From a virus: 64,000 bases of DNA. Positions within the stretch are counted from its first letter, which is position 1. Every line of letters begins with the position of its first letter. Where the stretch lies: the IMG/VR virus record IMGVR_UViG_3300025949_000023, positions 1 through 64,000 of that record; one strand, given 5' to 3'. The position numbers and the translations under genes were made by a program. The notes beneath the pieces were generated by a model. The model saw only the letters and a program-made list of their open reading frames with translations. It did no database searches and was not told the origin of the DNA. This document shows positions 49,017-58,024 of this stretch, in pieces.

Positions 49017-51559
49017 TCCTGTTGTTGTGGCTGCGCCCCCTGTTGCTCCTGCTGCCCAGCCTGTGCCATCTGCTGCTTCTCCTGCACTACCGTTCCAAAT
49101 ATCATATCCCTCATTGCCTTTAACTCCGGTGTAAGCGGCGTGCCGGTTTCTTCCGACTTTTTGGTAATCTCCTTAATCATTGATACAAGTTCCTTATACT
49201 CGTTACTATTTCCTTTAGCCATTTCAATCGCCACCTTCGCCATGGCCTGGGCCTGTATTTCCCTTATTTTACCTTCGGTACTTATCTCTACGCTGGCCTG
49301 CTGAATCTTCTGATTCATTACCATTTGATTTTTCTGCATGGCCTTCGCCTCTTTCTTCGCCCTCTTTTCCATTTTTTCCAAATACAGTATCGCTGTTTTT
49401 GGATTAGGTATGTATTCCAGCCGGGCAGCGGTGGCCATGCTAATCAACTTACTTTCCAGTGCATTTTCAATGAGCATCATTAAGCGCTCTTTCATTTCGC
49501 GCTTATTCACCATATCAATATTCACATCAAAAGAACTATCAATTATTGAGCCATCGCCGGCAGCGGGGTCTCCGTACTCACCGGTCATTTTCTTATACTC
49601 CTCAGCACTCAATACCATATCGTCCCAAAGAGAATAACAACACTTGGTTGCGTTTTGCTCCATGAGCATTATAAAGAAATCATATATATACTCAAAAGAT
49701 AATCCACCGGCAACCACCGCCTGGTTGGTTGCTGTAGCGCTTTTCTTTGCCGCGGTAGGCTGCGCCATTATCTCCGGCGTAACTCCCCACTCTTGGTTAG
49801 CTATTGCGATAAAAAAGTTGTAGCAGCTTATCAACACATTTATCTGCGCAGCATTGCCTCCGTACGTATCGTTTTTATACGGGTCCTGTTTTGGGGCGCC
49901 GCTTATGCCGCTGTCGTCCTCGCTGCTCCAATATCGCACGCCTGTTTGCCTTTTAAGGCGCACTAAATCCATTGGGAGCAATACACCACCAGTACCTATA
50001 TCAAGGCCGTGCTGCAGCCCTGAAATGTCAAATGAGGTATTGTCCGGCTCCATCAGCGCAATCATCTGCTGTATTTTCAACAGGCAACCTATTGCCTGCC
50101 TGGTAGGTGGTATAGCCCTTTCCAAAAGGGAAGGCACGTACCATCCGTTGGCATTAGGGTAAACGATAGAATAGTTTGAAAACACATCCACGCCGTTCTG
50201 AAAGGCGCGGAGCTGGTTGGGCTCTACACCCCACTGCAGCAACACATCGGTACCCACTACCCAAACACCTGAGTAAATATTGTATCGGCCCACGCTTATT
50301 ACTTCTTTATCCTCGCCTACGTTTTTAGGCACTCCTTTCTTTGCATCTATGCTTGCTGGGCCTTTGACGTACCATTCCTGGTCGTAAACCTTCACCTCGC
50401 AGTCAAATACCATAAATGAATAGTCGTCATACGGCCTGTTGAAATCGTACATATACGTGTCAATCCAGTCAAGTGGCTTGGCTTGCACTAATCCTTTCTG
50501 AGTTACCTGACTTATTTGCCACCACTGTTTTTCTGTAACATTAGAAAACGCCCGGCGCCCTTCCGATACTTTCATCGGGTAAGCTTCGCCTATAATAGTT
50601 ACATCCGACCCATCCGCGTTCCTGAAAATATTGTAAACGGTATTCTCAGGAATACATCGGCGCACCCGAGTACGGTTGGCCAGCGTAGAACTCTCGCCGC
50701 CAAAGACTGTACCCGGTGCTTTTTCCTTTTTAGTCACCATACAGTTCTTTACAATGCAATCAAACAGCAACTGGCGCTTTAAATTGTCATACCCGCTATT
50801 CTGAAAGATTTTCCATATTTCATCCTCCATAAAGCTTTCCTCCGGTATGCGGTACTCAATTTTGTAGTACACATCCAGCTCGTCCTCGTCCTCCGGCGTA
50901 AACCCTGGCTCTAAATTCTGCAGGCCGGAAGCCGCCTGCATAGCCATAATCTTTTTGTTGTTCTCCATCCGGTAGCGGGCAATAATCTTCTCCCTTTCTT
51001 TAAACCTTACACTACCAATGTCCGTGGCCTTAACATCGGGTTTTTCCTCCCTGTCGCATAGTATCTGTAGTATTTTATTAACGTAGGTAGGTATAATCTG
51101 CGCAATGCGGTAGTCTAAATTTAACCAGGTCTTGTTTCCCTGTACGCCCATAAGGTTGTAGAAATCCTCACCCCCTTTGTTTCCCAGCGCCCATTGTTCG
51201 TTCTCCCACCATCGGTCGGTACGCACTCCGTAGAAGCCGCTGTTGCCTACATTTATGTAGCTCCACATTTCCTTCATCACCTGTAACCCGTAGGCGGGTT
51301 GCCGCTTTTTTGAAACCTGGTCGAACTGCAGGCGCAGCACCGCGTCAAGGTTTGAAGTTTTAATCTCACTGGTAAGTGCCGTTTCCTGGATGGAAAAATC
51401 CCCCACTAAATCAGTAGTGCCGGCACCAGTGCCTGCTACTTGCGGCAGGTTGGTAGAAACATCCTCTTTTTTTATGCCGATACCTTTTTCAATCATCTGC
51501 AAAGCAGTTTCCATTTCTTTTGGGGGGGGAGTGTTTTGGCCCATACCTTGTTGATACAT
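49013..51559 (-). CDS. portal protein
   Basis: WLNLDY..IIPTYV, YSGVWVVGT, QTGVRYW motifs; Q-rich tail; upstream of scaffold and MCP. Confidence 0.85.
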   Translation of the reverse strand: MYQQGMGQNTPPPKEMETALQMIEKGIGIKKEDVSTNLPQVAGTGAGTTDLVGDFSIQETALTSEIKTSNLDAVLRLQFDQVSKKRQPAYGLQVMKEMWSYINVGNSGFYGVRTDRWWENEQWALGNKGGEDFYNLMGVQGNKTWLNLDYRIAQIIPTYVNKILQILCDREEKPDVKATDIGSVRFKEREKIIARYRMENNKKIMAMQAASGLQNLEPGFTPEDEDELDVYYKIEYRIPEESFMEDEIWKIFQNSGYDNLKRQLLFDCIVKNCMVTKKEKAPGTVFGGESSTLANRTRVRRCIPENTVYNIFRNADGSDVTIIGEAYPMKVSEGRRAFSNVTEKQWWQISQVTQKGLVQAKPLDWIDTYMYDFNRPYDDYSFMVFDCEVKVYDQEWYVKGPASIDAKKGVPKNVGEDKEVISVGRYNIYSGVWVVGTDVLLQWGVEPNQLRAFQNGVDVFSNYSIVYPNANGWYVPSLLERAIPPTRQAIGCLLKIQQMIALMEPDNTSFDISGLQHGLDIGTGGVLLPMDLVRLKRQTGVRYWSSEDDSGISGAPKQDPYKNDTYGGNAAQINVLISCYNFFIAIANQEWGVTPEIMAQPTAAKKSATATNQAVVAGGLSFEYIYDFFIMLMEQNATKCCYSLWDDMVLSAEEYKKMTGEYGDPAAGDGSIIDSSFDVNIDMVNKREMKERLMMLIENALESKLISMATAARLEYIPNPKTAILYLEKMEKRAKKEAKAMQKNQMVMNQKIQQASVEISTEGKIREIQAQAMAKVAIEMAKGNSNEYKELVSMIKEITKKSEETGTPLTPELKAMRDMIFGTVVQEKQQMAQAGQQEQQGAQPQQQE

Positions 51560-51686
51560 ATTGGTAGATTATGGAATAAAGATAAAATTTGTTTGTAATA
51601 CACTCCCTCTAAATAAAAAAGCCCCGCAGTACACACTTCGCAGGGCTTGCCGTTATTCATCAGTTAAAAAACCAAAAACCGTTTTA

Positions 51687-52262
51687 TTACAGGGTGGTTA
51701 GGTACTTTTCGTAAAGCTGCACGGTAGAAAGATTTTCTTTCGGATTGACTGTAACCCACAACCCATTATTCAGGCTTGGGCACCAGCCATTAATATTTAG
51801 CCATTCCGCAAACCCTATTGCTATCTCCCTTACTTTATTGGGGGATGAAAATTGAGCGGCGTACTCTTCCATACACTTTTTTAGATACTTGGTTACCATT
51901 TCATTATCAAAAATCATAAACGCCTTAGAAAAATAATCATTCATGCCAGCTAACACCTCTTTGGGTATATACTTCAATATAACTTCTTCTGCGCTTTTCA
52001 CCTCTGCATTGCCCTTTGGCTCTGCATTGATTGTAGGTGTTACATTTAGCATTACTTTCTCTACAACAAACGTTTGCATGGTTTTATCACCAAGAACATT
52101 AAGCAGGTATCCAGTATGCTTTTTGTCGCTTTTAACAAATACCTCTGCATTAGCAGGGGCGGGTATAGGTGCATCCTTTATGATATTTACGCATTGTTCT
52201 ATTCTGCTAAGGCATATTCCCGAAACGGAATGCCCGCAGGTACATTTTGTAGCTATACTCAT
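51687..52262 (-). CDS. hypothetical mosaic protein
   Basis: CMEEYAAQF and AIGFAEWL motifs common in Bacteroidota phage small genes. Confidence 0.55.
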   Translation of the reverse strand: MSIATKCTCGHSVSGICLSRIEQCVNIIKDAPIPAPANAEVFVKSDKKHTGYLLNVLGDKTMQTFVVEKVMLNVTPTINAEPKGNAEVKSAEEVILKYIPKEVLAGMNDYFSKAFMIFDNEMVTKYLKKCMEEYAAQFSSPNKVREIAIGFAEWLNINGWCPSLNNGLWVTVNPKENLSTVQLYEKYLTTL

Positions 52263-52534
52263 TTTACTAATGTTATTTTATTGGTTAAAACTTCTTTCTT
52301 TACAATTTTTGTTTCAGATTGAACGGTCTGGGTTGTCTTTTGAATTGGCAAAAACAAATCAGTCGGGGCGCAATGGAGAGGGTTCCACCCATAAACATGA
52401 TATGTAAGCAGTTGTTTTGCAGCATCTATTAATTGTCGTTCACTATTTTGTTGAACATCATGCATAATATGTCTGCCATGTTTTTCTATTTGTTCTGTGC
52501 GCTCCTGCGCAATTAATTCAATACCTGTTTTCAT
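52259..52534 (-). CDS. conserved phage protein, possibly truncated
   Basis: MKTGIELIAQER.EQIEKHG family-like N-terminus. Confidence 0.55.
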   Translation of the reverse strand: MKTGIELIAQERTEQIEKHGRHIMHDVQQNSERQLIDAAKQLLTYHVYGWNPLHCAPTDLFLPIQKTTQTVQSETKIVKKEVLTNKITLVK

Positions 52535-52578
52535 AAAACTTTATTTTTTTTGATTAAATATTATTTTGTTAGCGCCCC

Positions 52579-52815
52579 CTATTGGGCATCTGTGGTTGTG
52601 CGATTTTGTTTAATTTCAATAACTGCCACGCCAAATAAAATAAAATACGCCAAGCAAACTGACAGTACTATATAGGCTTGCTTGTCTTTATGGTTTTGAA
52701 AAACGTATACTATTGTTTCGTACGTAACGTATAATGTATAAATAGTAACAGCGGCTATTGCAGAAAAAATTATGAGAACAAAAAGGGCATAAAAAAGAAA
52801 ATTTAAATACTTCAT
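52579..52815 (-). CDS. two-TM membrane protein
   Basis: Two hydrophobic segments. Confidence 0.55.
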   Translation of the reverse strand: MKYLNFLFYALFVLIIFSAIAAVTIYTLYVTYETIVYVFQNHKDKQAYIVLSVCLAYFILFGVAVIEIKQNRTTTDAQ

Positions 52816-52933
52816 TGATTTTTATTTAGTGGGTGTAGTGTGTATGTTGCCCATTACTCATTGCCCGGCTCCCTGAATATCATAACCAACACGGCTACTA
52901 ATATCAACCAGGCAATGAGCGTAGTCGTGGCCA

Positions 52934-53245
52934 TTACTTTTTCTCCTCCTTCTTAGCCAGCAGCAAGCCCGAATGACTCAGGTTATACGCCGTCTTTGTG
53001 TTACCATACTCACCGGCTAAGAAATACTTACACCGGGCCACTATCGCATCAACCTGCCTGTAAGTCATTACAACGCTGTTTTTAGCCTTCTCAATCAGTG
53101 CTGGCACCTTCGGGTAACCCTTATCCCCGCCAAGGCTTACAAGCGCCTCAAACTCCCCCAGCATAGCGCTAAACTCCTTATTACACAACTCACCTTGCCA
53201 CCTGGGCACCTTCGCAGTCTCTCCCGCTGTCTTTTGCTTTTCCAT
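52934..53245 (-). CDS. hypothetical protein
   Basis: ORF with an ATACACATG start variant. Confidence 0.55.
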   Translation of the reverse strand: MEKQKTAGETAKVPRWQGELCNKEFSAMLGEFEALVSLGGDKGYPKVPALIEKAKNSVVMTYRQVDAIVARCKYFLAGEYGNTKTAYNLSHSGLLLAKKEEKK

Positions 53246-53256
53246 GTGTATTTTTT

Positions 53257-53658
53257 TTAATTAGTTTTCTTCCCCTTTAAAGTCTTAAGCAACAATGTTC
53301 GCTGCCACGACTCTAAGTTATCAGCATTGGCTATCTCAATATGCAACTGCTCCTTCTCATAATCAAACTTAACCTTATCAATAGCATCCATAAACTCATT
53401 GTGGCTTTTCGCTGGTACCTTTTGAACTATTGACGAATAGCCATCATTACCGTCATTGTCCACTGAAGCTAAAAACTCCTGTGGTACCGGTATAGTCCTA
53501 TTAACCATAAACTCACTGCCAGCCACCCCAGGTTTATTATTCTTATAAAAAGCGGCAAGAAAATTCAAAGCCTTCTGCGCAGTGTCCGCCCCCAACTCCT
53601 TCAACTCCTCTAACAACTCCAACTCAAATCTTACCCCTATCGGATTCGTCTTTGCCAT
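53257..53658 (-). CDS. ribbon-helix-helix-like DNA-binding protein
   Basis: N-terminal PIGVRFELELLEELK beta-ribbon/helix pattern. Confidence 0.55.
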   Translation of the reverse strand: MAKTNPIGVRFELELLEELKELGADTAQKALNFLAAFYKNNKPGVAGSEFMVNRTIPVPQEFLASVDNDGNDGYSSIVQKVPAKSHNEFMDAIDKVKFDYEKEQLHIEIANADNLESWQRTLLLKTLKGKKTN

Positions 53659-53671
53659 ATATTTTTATTTA

Positions 53672-53787
53672 GTAGCTACAAATATATAGCGTAGCTACAT
53701 TGTGTCCAAATAATTGTCGCTACATTTTTAGACAAGTAGCTACTTTTTTTATTTACAATACAAACTTTATAGTATTCATGTAGCTAC
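53672..53787. repeat. five copies of the palindrome GTAGCTAC over a promoter
   Basis: 53672, 53691, 53716 (GTCGCTAC), 53736, 53780; TATATTTG at 53686-53679. Confidence 0.8.
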
Positions 53788-54383
53788 GGTTATCGAAACA
53801 GCAAGTAGGGTATATGAGGGTACTCTCCAACAGTAAGCACCTGTTTAGGCCGGCGCCTGGGTGGGGGTCAAAGTCGAAAGCTGGGCTACCGGGTGGGTCG
53901 CGATTTTTTATTCGCTTATAACCCTGCGCGTGTGTGCGTTCTCTTTGCTGCCGTTGCGGATGACTGTCTTGCTGCTGCCTTTGGATTGATTGTGGAGGCC
54001 ATCTTATAATATTTATTATGTTAACTGGCAACTTTGTCATGCTGTTTTTCAATGAGTTATGCAGCCTGTTTGCTTGCTTGTTATTTCGTTCAGCCTATCC
54101 CCTACCCTCTTGGTTTTACGCCTGATGTGCTGTTTTGAGCCGGTGTTGTGTTGTGCTAATCATCCTGCATGCAATCGCCTGGCCTATACCCTTGCAAAAA
54201 TATTTTAACGCAGTGTCAACGCCCTTGTTTGCCAAAATATGCCTGAAAACCAGTAAATTAGCACGGTGTATGAAATAAATAACAGGTGCTTAACCGTGTC
54301 AAACCCTTGTAAAAAGCCTAAAAAATGTTAGTTTGTTTGTTAATATCTAAATTTGTTGTCATAGCTTTTAAAACGGTTAAGAT

Positions 54384-54758
54384 ATGCGATTGATAAATGA
54401 CACAAACCGTCTAAGGTTGTTGGTTTTTAGGTTTTTAGAGCAGCAAGGAGAGGATTATTGCAGGCTTTACAGGTTTTCGCCTGAACGTATTACGGGCGAT
54501 TTGCGGGACTACTTCACCCATGTGGGTGTTTACACTCTTTATTCAAATGAGGTGCTTTACAGCTATATTGAGGCGCGTTTGAGGTATGTTTTTGATTTAG
54601 CCGCAGAATACAAGCAAACAAAGCGACGTTTGGGCCTTACAGAAGAAGATTTATCTAAGTTTTTTGGTTACGCGGACCGACCTTCGTTTGCCATCAGTAA
54701 CAAGAAAAACCAGCACATAACAGCTTTTTTAAGTATTGCGCGGGCTATTATGCCATAG
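54384..54758 (+). CDS. hypothetical protein with C-terminal HTH-like segment
   Basis: KRRLGLTEEDLSKFFGY. Confidence 0.5.
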   Translation: MRLINDTNRLRLLVFRFLEQQGEDYCRLYRFSPERITGDLRDYFTHVGVYTLYSNEVLYSYIEARLRYVFDLAAEYKQTKRRLGLTEEDLSKFFGYADRPSFAISNKKNQHITAFLSIARAIMP

Positions 54759-54907
54759 CTGCAATGTTGCAGTAACACACATGGATGTGTGATAATTGTA
54801 CGCTTTTAGCCAGTATTTTACCGATTATCCTTGATTTTGACCGCTTGTGTATCTTATTTGGTGGCGATAAGCTCATTAATGTATGTTTGTGTCCTAAATC
54901 AAAACAC

Positions 54908-55000
54908 ATGCACTACATAATCTTTTTAGCCGTTATCGCCATACCAATGTTTTTATTTGTTAACGCTCTTTATAATGAGGGTAAAAAAAATAATATATAG
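54908..55000 (+). CDS. 30-aa single-TM peptide
   Basis: AAACACATG start; MHYIIFLAVIAIPMFLFVNALY. Confidence 0.45.
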   Translation: MHYIIFLAVIAIPMFLFVNALYNEGKKNNI

Positions 55001-55056
55001 TTATGGTACCAGCAATAGCCACCATTATTACAATGGTTTTATTTTACCTGCAAACA

Positions 55057-55084
55057 AAACCCGCTAAAAGATAGCGGGTTTTTT
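55057..55084. terminator. bidirectional terminator
   Basis: AAAACCCGCTA-AAAGA-TAGCGGGTTTT between convergent genes. Confidence 0.75.
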
Positions 55085-55090
55085 GATGTT

Positions 55091-55411
55091 CTAAATTTTG
55101 TGGGTGTGCTGTAATATGCCATCATAAAACACGTTAATGGCTGTTAGTTGCCCGTTTTCCGTCCTCACTTCAAAGGAAACAAATTCACCCGGCAGCTTCT
55201 TTTTTTCAGGAAAATACACGTCATAAAGCAGCATTTCCGCTTTATCATGTTCATGTGCATGTACGTATATCCTTATGTCCGTCCCTTCCGGTTCGTCCAG
55301 CCGGATGCCGTGTGTAAATGCCTGTATACCATTTTCTTCCAGCGTTGTGATAACCTTGTTAATTGTTTGGCGGTCGCCATTTTCTTTGTAAACCTGCATT
55401 AATGTTGTCAT
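55091..55411 (-). CDS. hypothetical protein
   Basis: Likely start MTTLMQ; LEENGIQAF..IYVH pattern. Confidence 0.55.
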   Translation of the reverse strand: MTTLMQVYKENGDRQTINKVITTLEENGIQAFTHGIRLDEPEGTDIRIYVHAHEHDKAEMLLYDVYFPEKKKLPGEFVSFEVRTENGQLTAINVFYDGILQHTHKI

Positions 55412-55574
55412 ATGTTTGATTTTAGGCAAAGTAAATGATGTGGTTTGTCATTTCCTTACGGTTTCCCGTAAGCCAGGTAAATTACCGTCCATACCCGTTT
55501 TTTTACCGCTTGTACCATAAAGTTGGTAGTTGCTTTTGTGTGCATGTACATTTGACCTATCAAACACACATGAT

Positions 55575-55820
55575 ATGAAAAAGATAACAGTTATGGAGCA
55601 GGTTACCGCTATTGTTAAGCATTGCCAACGTAACGGTGTTAAAATACAATGCTTTAGCGAATTTAACGGCATTGTGTCCGCTGTACCGGTTGGCGAGCCA
55701 AATAGCCGCTATACTTTGTTTTCTATTATGAGCATCACAGAGCACGGCGATTGCCACGCCGATTATCTGCGCAATGCTTGGGGACGCAGTTCTTCGTACT
55801 CTCACTCTTATTCTAATTAA
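55575..55820 (+). CDS. hypothetical early protein
   Basis: TACATTTG box just upstream; start MKKITV. Confidence 0.55.
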   Translation: MKKITVMEQVTAIVKHCQRNGVKIQCFSEFNGIVSAVPVGEPNSRYTLFSIMSITEHGDCHADYLRNAWGRSSSYSHSYSN

Positions 55821-55841
55821 CCACCACAAACACACAAACAC

Positions 55842-56036
55842 ATGCAAACAACCTATATCTTAACCAACGCAGCCGGCAATCTTTATTTAGCTGATGAATT
55901 AAATATGCTTTGGTGGCATGAAACAGACTATGCCTGTAAGCATTTCGATAATGAGGCGCAGATTGATACATTCCTTATGCGTGAGGATGTTAAAGCCTTT
56001 TTAGACGGCGAATTTGTACGCATGAAGCAATTTTAA
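55842..56036 (+). CDS. hypothetical early protein
   Basis: AAACACATG start. Confidence 0.6.
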   Translation: MQTTYILTNAAGNLYLADELNMLWWHETDYACKHFDNEAQIDTFLMREDVKAFLDGEFVRMKQF

Positions 56037-56068
56037 ACCACATTCCTAACTATTTAATAATTAAACAC

Positions 56069-56275
56069 ATGGCTTACACAAATCCTGTTACCGGTCAACG
56101 CGCTTCAACTGGTACGCTAAACGCATGGTTACGCACTGAAAAAGAATTTTTGGCTGATTATATAGCCATCGAAATGCACAAACAAGGCCTATTGAGCGAA
56201 GAAGCAAGCAACCGCCTTTCTTCGCTTGCCGGGCCCATTGCACAAATTATTAACGACTGGACACACGAAGGTTAA
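56069..56275 (+). CDS. hypothetical early protein
   Basis: AAACACATG start; stop codon lies in hammerhead stem I. Confidence 0.6.
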   Translation: MAYTNPVTGQRASTGTLNAWLRTEKEFLADYIAIEMHKQGLLSEEASNRLSSLAGPIAQIINDWTHEG

Positions 56276-56322
56276 CTGACGAGCTTTAAATAAGCGAAAC
56301 GGGCGCCTTGCCCGTCTTAACC
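56270..56322 (+). ncRNA. hammerhead ribozyme, type I
   Basis: GGTTAA-CTGACGA-GCTT-TAAAT-AAGC-GAAA-CGGGC-GCCTT-GCCCG-TC-TTAACC: intact core, three perfect stems, GUC cleavage triplet. Confidence 0.92.
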
Positions 56323-56337
56323 AACAAACTATAACAC

Positions 56338-56574
56338 ATGAACTGGAAAGAATTAAAAGAGAAGTTTGACAACTTACGCCGCAATACGGGCCTTTTTCAT
56401 GGTTTAGACCTGCATGCCGGTGATGCACGCCTTGGGCGTGTTGCCTCAACCGTTATGTATGGGGAGCGCGGCACAATGGCTGTAATTAGCGGATATTATT
56501 CTTACAAAGAGCTATCCGCATACTTTGACGGATACCAAGCGGCCATGCAGTCAATTTTAACCGAAAAAGTATAA
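56338..56574 (+). CDS. hypothetical early protein
   Basis: TAACACATG start 21 nt after the ribozyme cleavage site. Confidence 0.6.
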   Translation: MNWKELKEKFDNLRRNTGLFHGLDLHAGDARLGRVASTVMYGERGTMAVISGYYSYKELSAYFDGYQAAMQSILTEKV

Positions 56575-56584
56575 TACTAAAGCC

Positions 56585-56908
56585 ATGGTACAACCTTATT
56601 CAGTCGAAGTACAAGCCACTAACACAATAAACACGCTAAAAGCGCTGTTTACAGGCGATAGGCTCGCCTTAGATTTATTGGCAGGCCAGTATATAGCAGG
56701 CGACGATAAACGCGCATTAAGGCAGGAAATATGCCGCCAGATAACTGGCGAACGCCGCCCACAGGGTAAATGCACGGTACTGGCTGTTTCAGACGTTTTA
56801 CACGCCTCTTTCCACCAGTACAGCCTATTTGCACAACCGGCACCTGTTGAGCGCGTTACGCAGCCTGTAATTAACTCCCGCGCATGGTTTGAGTTTTTGG
56901 CGAAATAG
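56585..56908 (+). CDS. hypothetical early protein
   Basis: Co-oriented ORF in the early cluster. Confidence 0.55.
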   Translation: MVQPYSVEVQATNTINTLKALFTGDRLALDLLAGQYIAGDDKRALRQEICRQITGERRPQGKCTVLAVSDVLHASFHQYSLFAQPAPVERVTQPVINSRAWFEFLAK

Positions 56909-56916
56909 TTTCGCTA

Positions 56917-56960
56917 TGCGTTGCGGTATAACCGTTGCATTTGATTGCACCAACGCACTA
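56917..56960 (+). ncRNA. mini tRNA-like three-way junction
   Basis: TGCGTTG/CAACGCA 7-bp stem, CGGT/ACCG hairpin, TGCA-TTTGAT-TGCA hairpin, then CTA. Confidence 0.55.
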
Positions 56961-57013
56961 TATACCCCTAATGTTTGGGGGAATTATTAAACAACCACAT
57001 AAAAACTATAAAA

Positions 57014-57658
57014 ATGAACACTTACGCAAAGTACTGCCCAAATGTATTTGTTGCCAAATGTGCAGAAAAGCACGAAAAAGGCGAAATAATAACCCTTACT
57101 ACTCAATACGGCAAAGAACACGATTGCATTGTATTTAATTTGGTAGCCACTGGCAAAGACGGTTTTTATTATTATTCAATCGTTCGCGCTGATGGCTACA
57201 ATTTACAGGAACGCGCTAAAGCTAAGGCAGAACGTTACAACCAATGGGCTGCAAGTGCAGAAAACAAAAGCAACCAGTATTATGAAGCAAGCAAAGAAGG
57301 CGCTGATTTTTTAGCTTTAGGCGAACCCATTAAAGTAGGCCACCACAGCGAAGGCAGGCACAGGGCTTTAATACAAAGGAATTGGGACAGGATGGGCAAG
57401 AGTGTTGAAATGGCAGACAAAGCAGAACAACACGAAAGCAAAGCCGAATATTGGCAGCGCAGGGCAAACGATATTAATTTATCTATGCCTGAAAGTTTAG
57501 AGTATTACGAATATAAACTACAATTAGCACAGGAAAGACATACGGGGCTTAAAAATGGCACAATACACCGTGAACATAGTTTCTCCCTTACCTATGCTAA
57601 CAAAGAAGTAAAAGAGCTTACAGATAAGCTAAATACAGCTAAAAAACTTTGGGCTTAA
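57014..57658 (+). CDS. DUF3560-domain protein
   Basis: LGEPIKVGHHSEGRHR signature. Confidence 0.85.
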   Translation: MNTYAKYCPNVFVAKCAEKHEKGEIITLTTQYGKEHDCIVFNLVATGKDGFYYYSIVRADGYNLQERAKAKAERYNQWAASAENKSNQYYEASKEGADFLALGEPIKVGHHSEGRHRALIQRNWDRMGKSVEMADKAEQHESKAEYWQRRANDINLSMPESLEYYEYKLQLAQERHTGLKNGTIHREHSFSLTYANKEVKELTDKLNTAKKLWA

Positions 57659-57667
57659 CTCCCCCTT

Positions 57668-57716
57668 ACCCTGCAACGGTTTAGCCGTGGCCGTTCAATC
57701 GGGCGGCAGGGTGCTA
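57668..57716 (+). ncRNA. mini tRNA-like three-way junction
   Basis: ACCCTGC/GCAGGGT 7-bp stem, ACGG/CCGT hairpin, CCG-TTCAAT-CGG hairpin, then GCTA. Confidence 0.55.
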
Positions 57717-58024
57717 AAACATCATGGGCCAGGGGCAAGAATAAGCATTGGGCTTTGGTTGCGACGCTCCCGTGTACGCCTGGTAACAGTATGCAGCAGT
57801 TGCTTTTGAATAACAATTAAGCACCTGGTTAAATACTTTACAATAACATAAATACGGAATAAGTGCTTTTTGCAGTCTTTTCAATGGTTTCAGGCTTTTT
57901 TAGTACACCACCAATGTACTAACGGGGCAATATACAGCACCTGAAGGGCAAATAATTGGTACATTATAACCGTGTTATTAAAATGATTTACACTTTTATT
58001 GTATAACTTTAAAGCCTAAATTAT

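Noticed and set aside
51645-51670. CTGATGA on the minus strand as a second hammerhead
   Set aside because: No stem II or GAAA follows; the adjacent hairpin is an ordinary terminator
53753-54052. 99-aa minus-strand ORF
   Set aside because: Low-complexity translation across the repeat and skew region with no start context; probably non-coding
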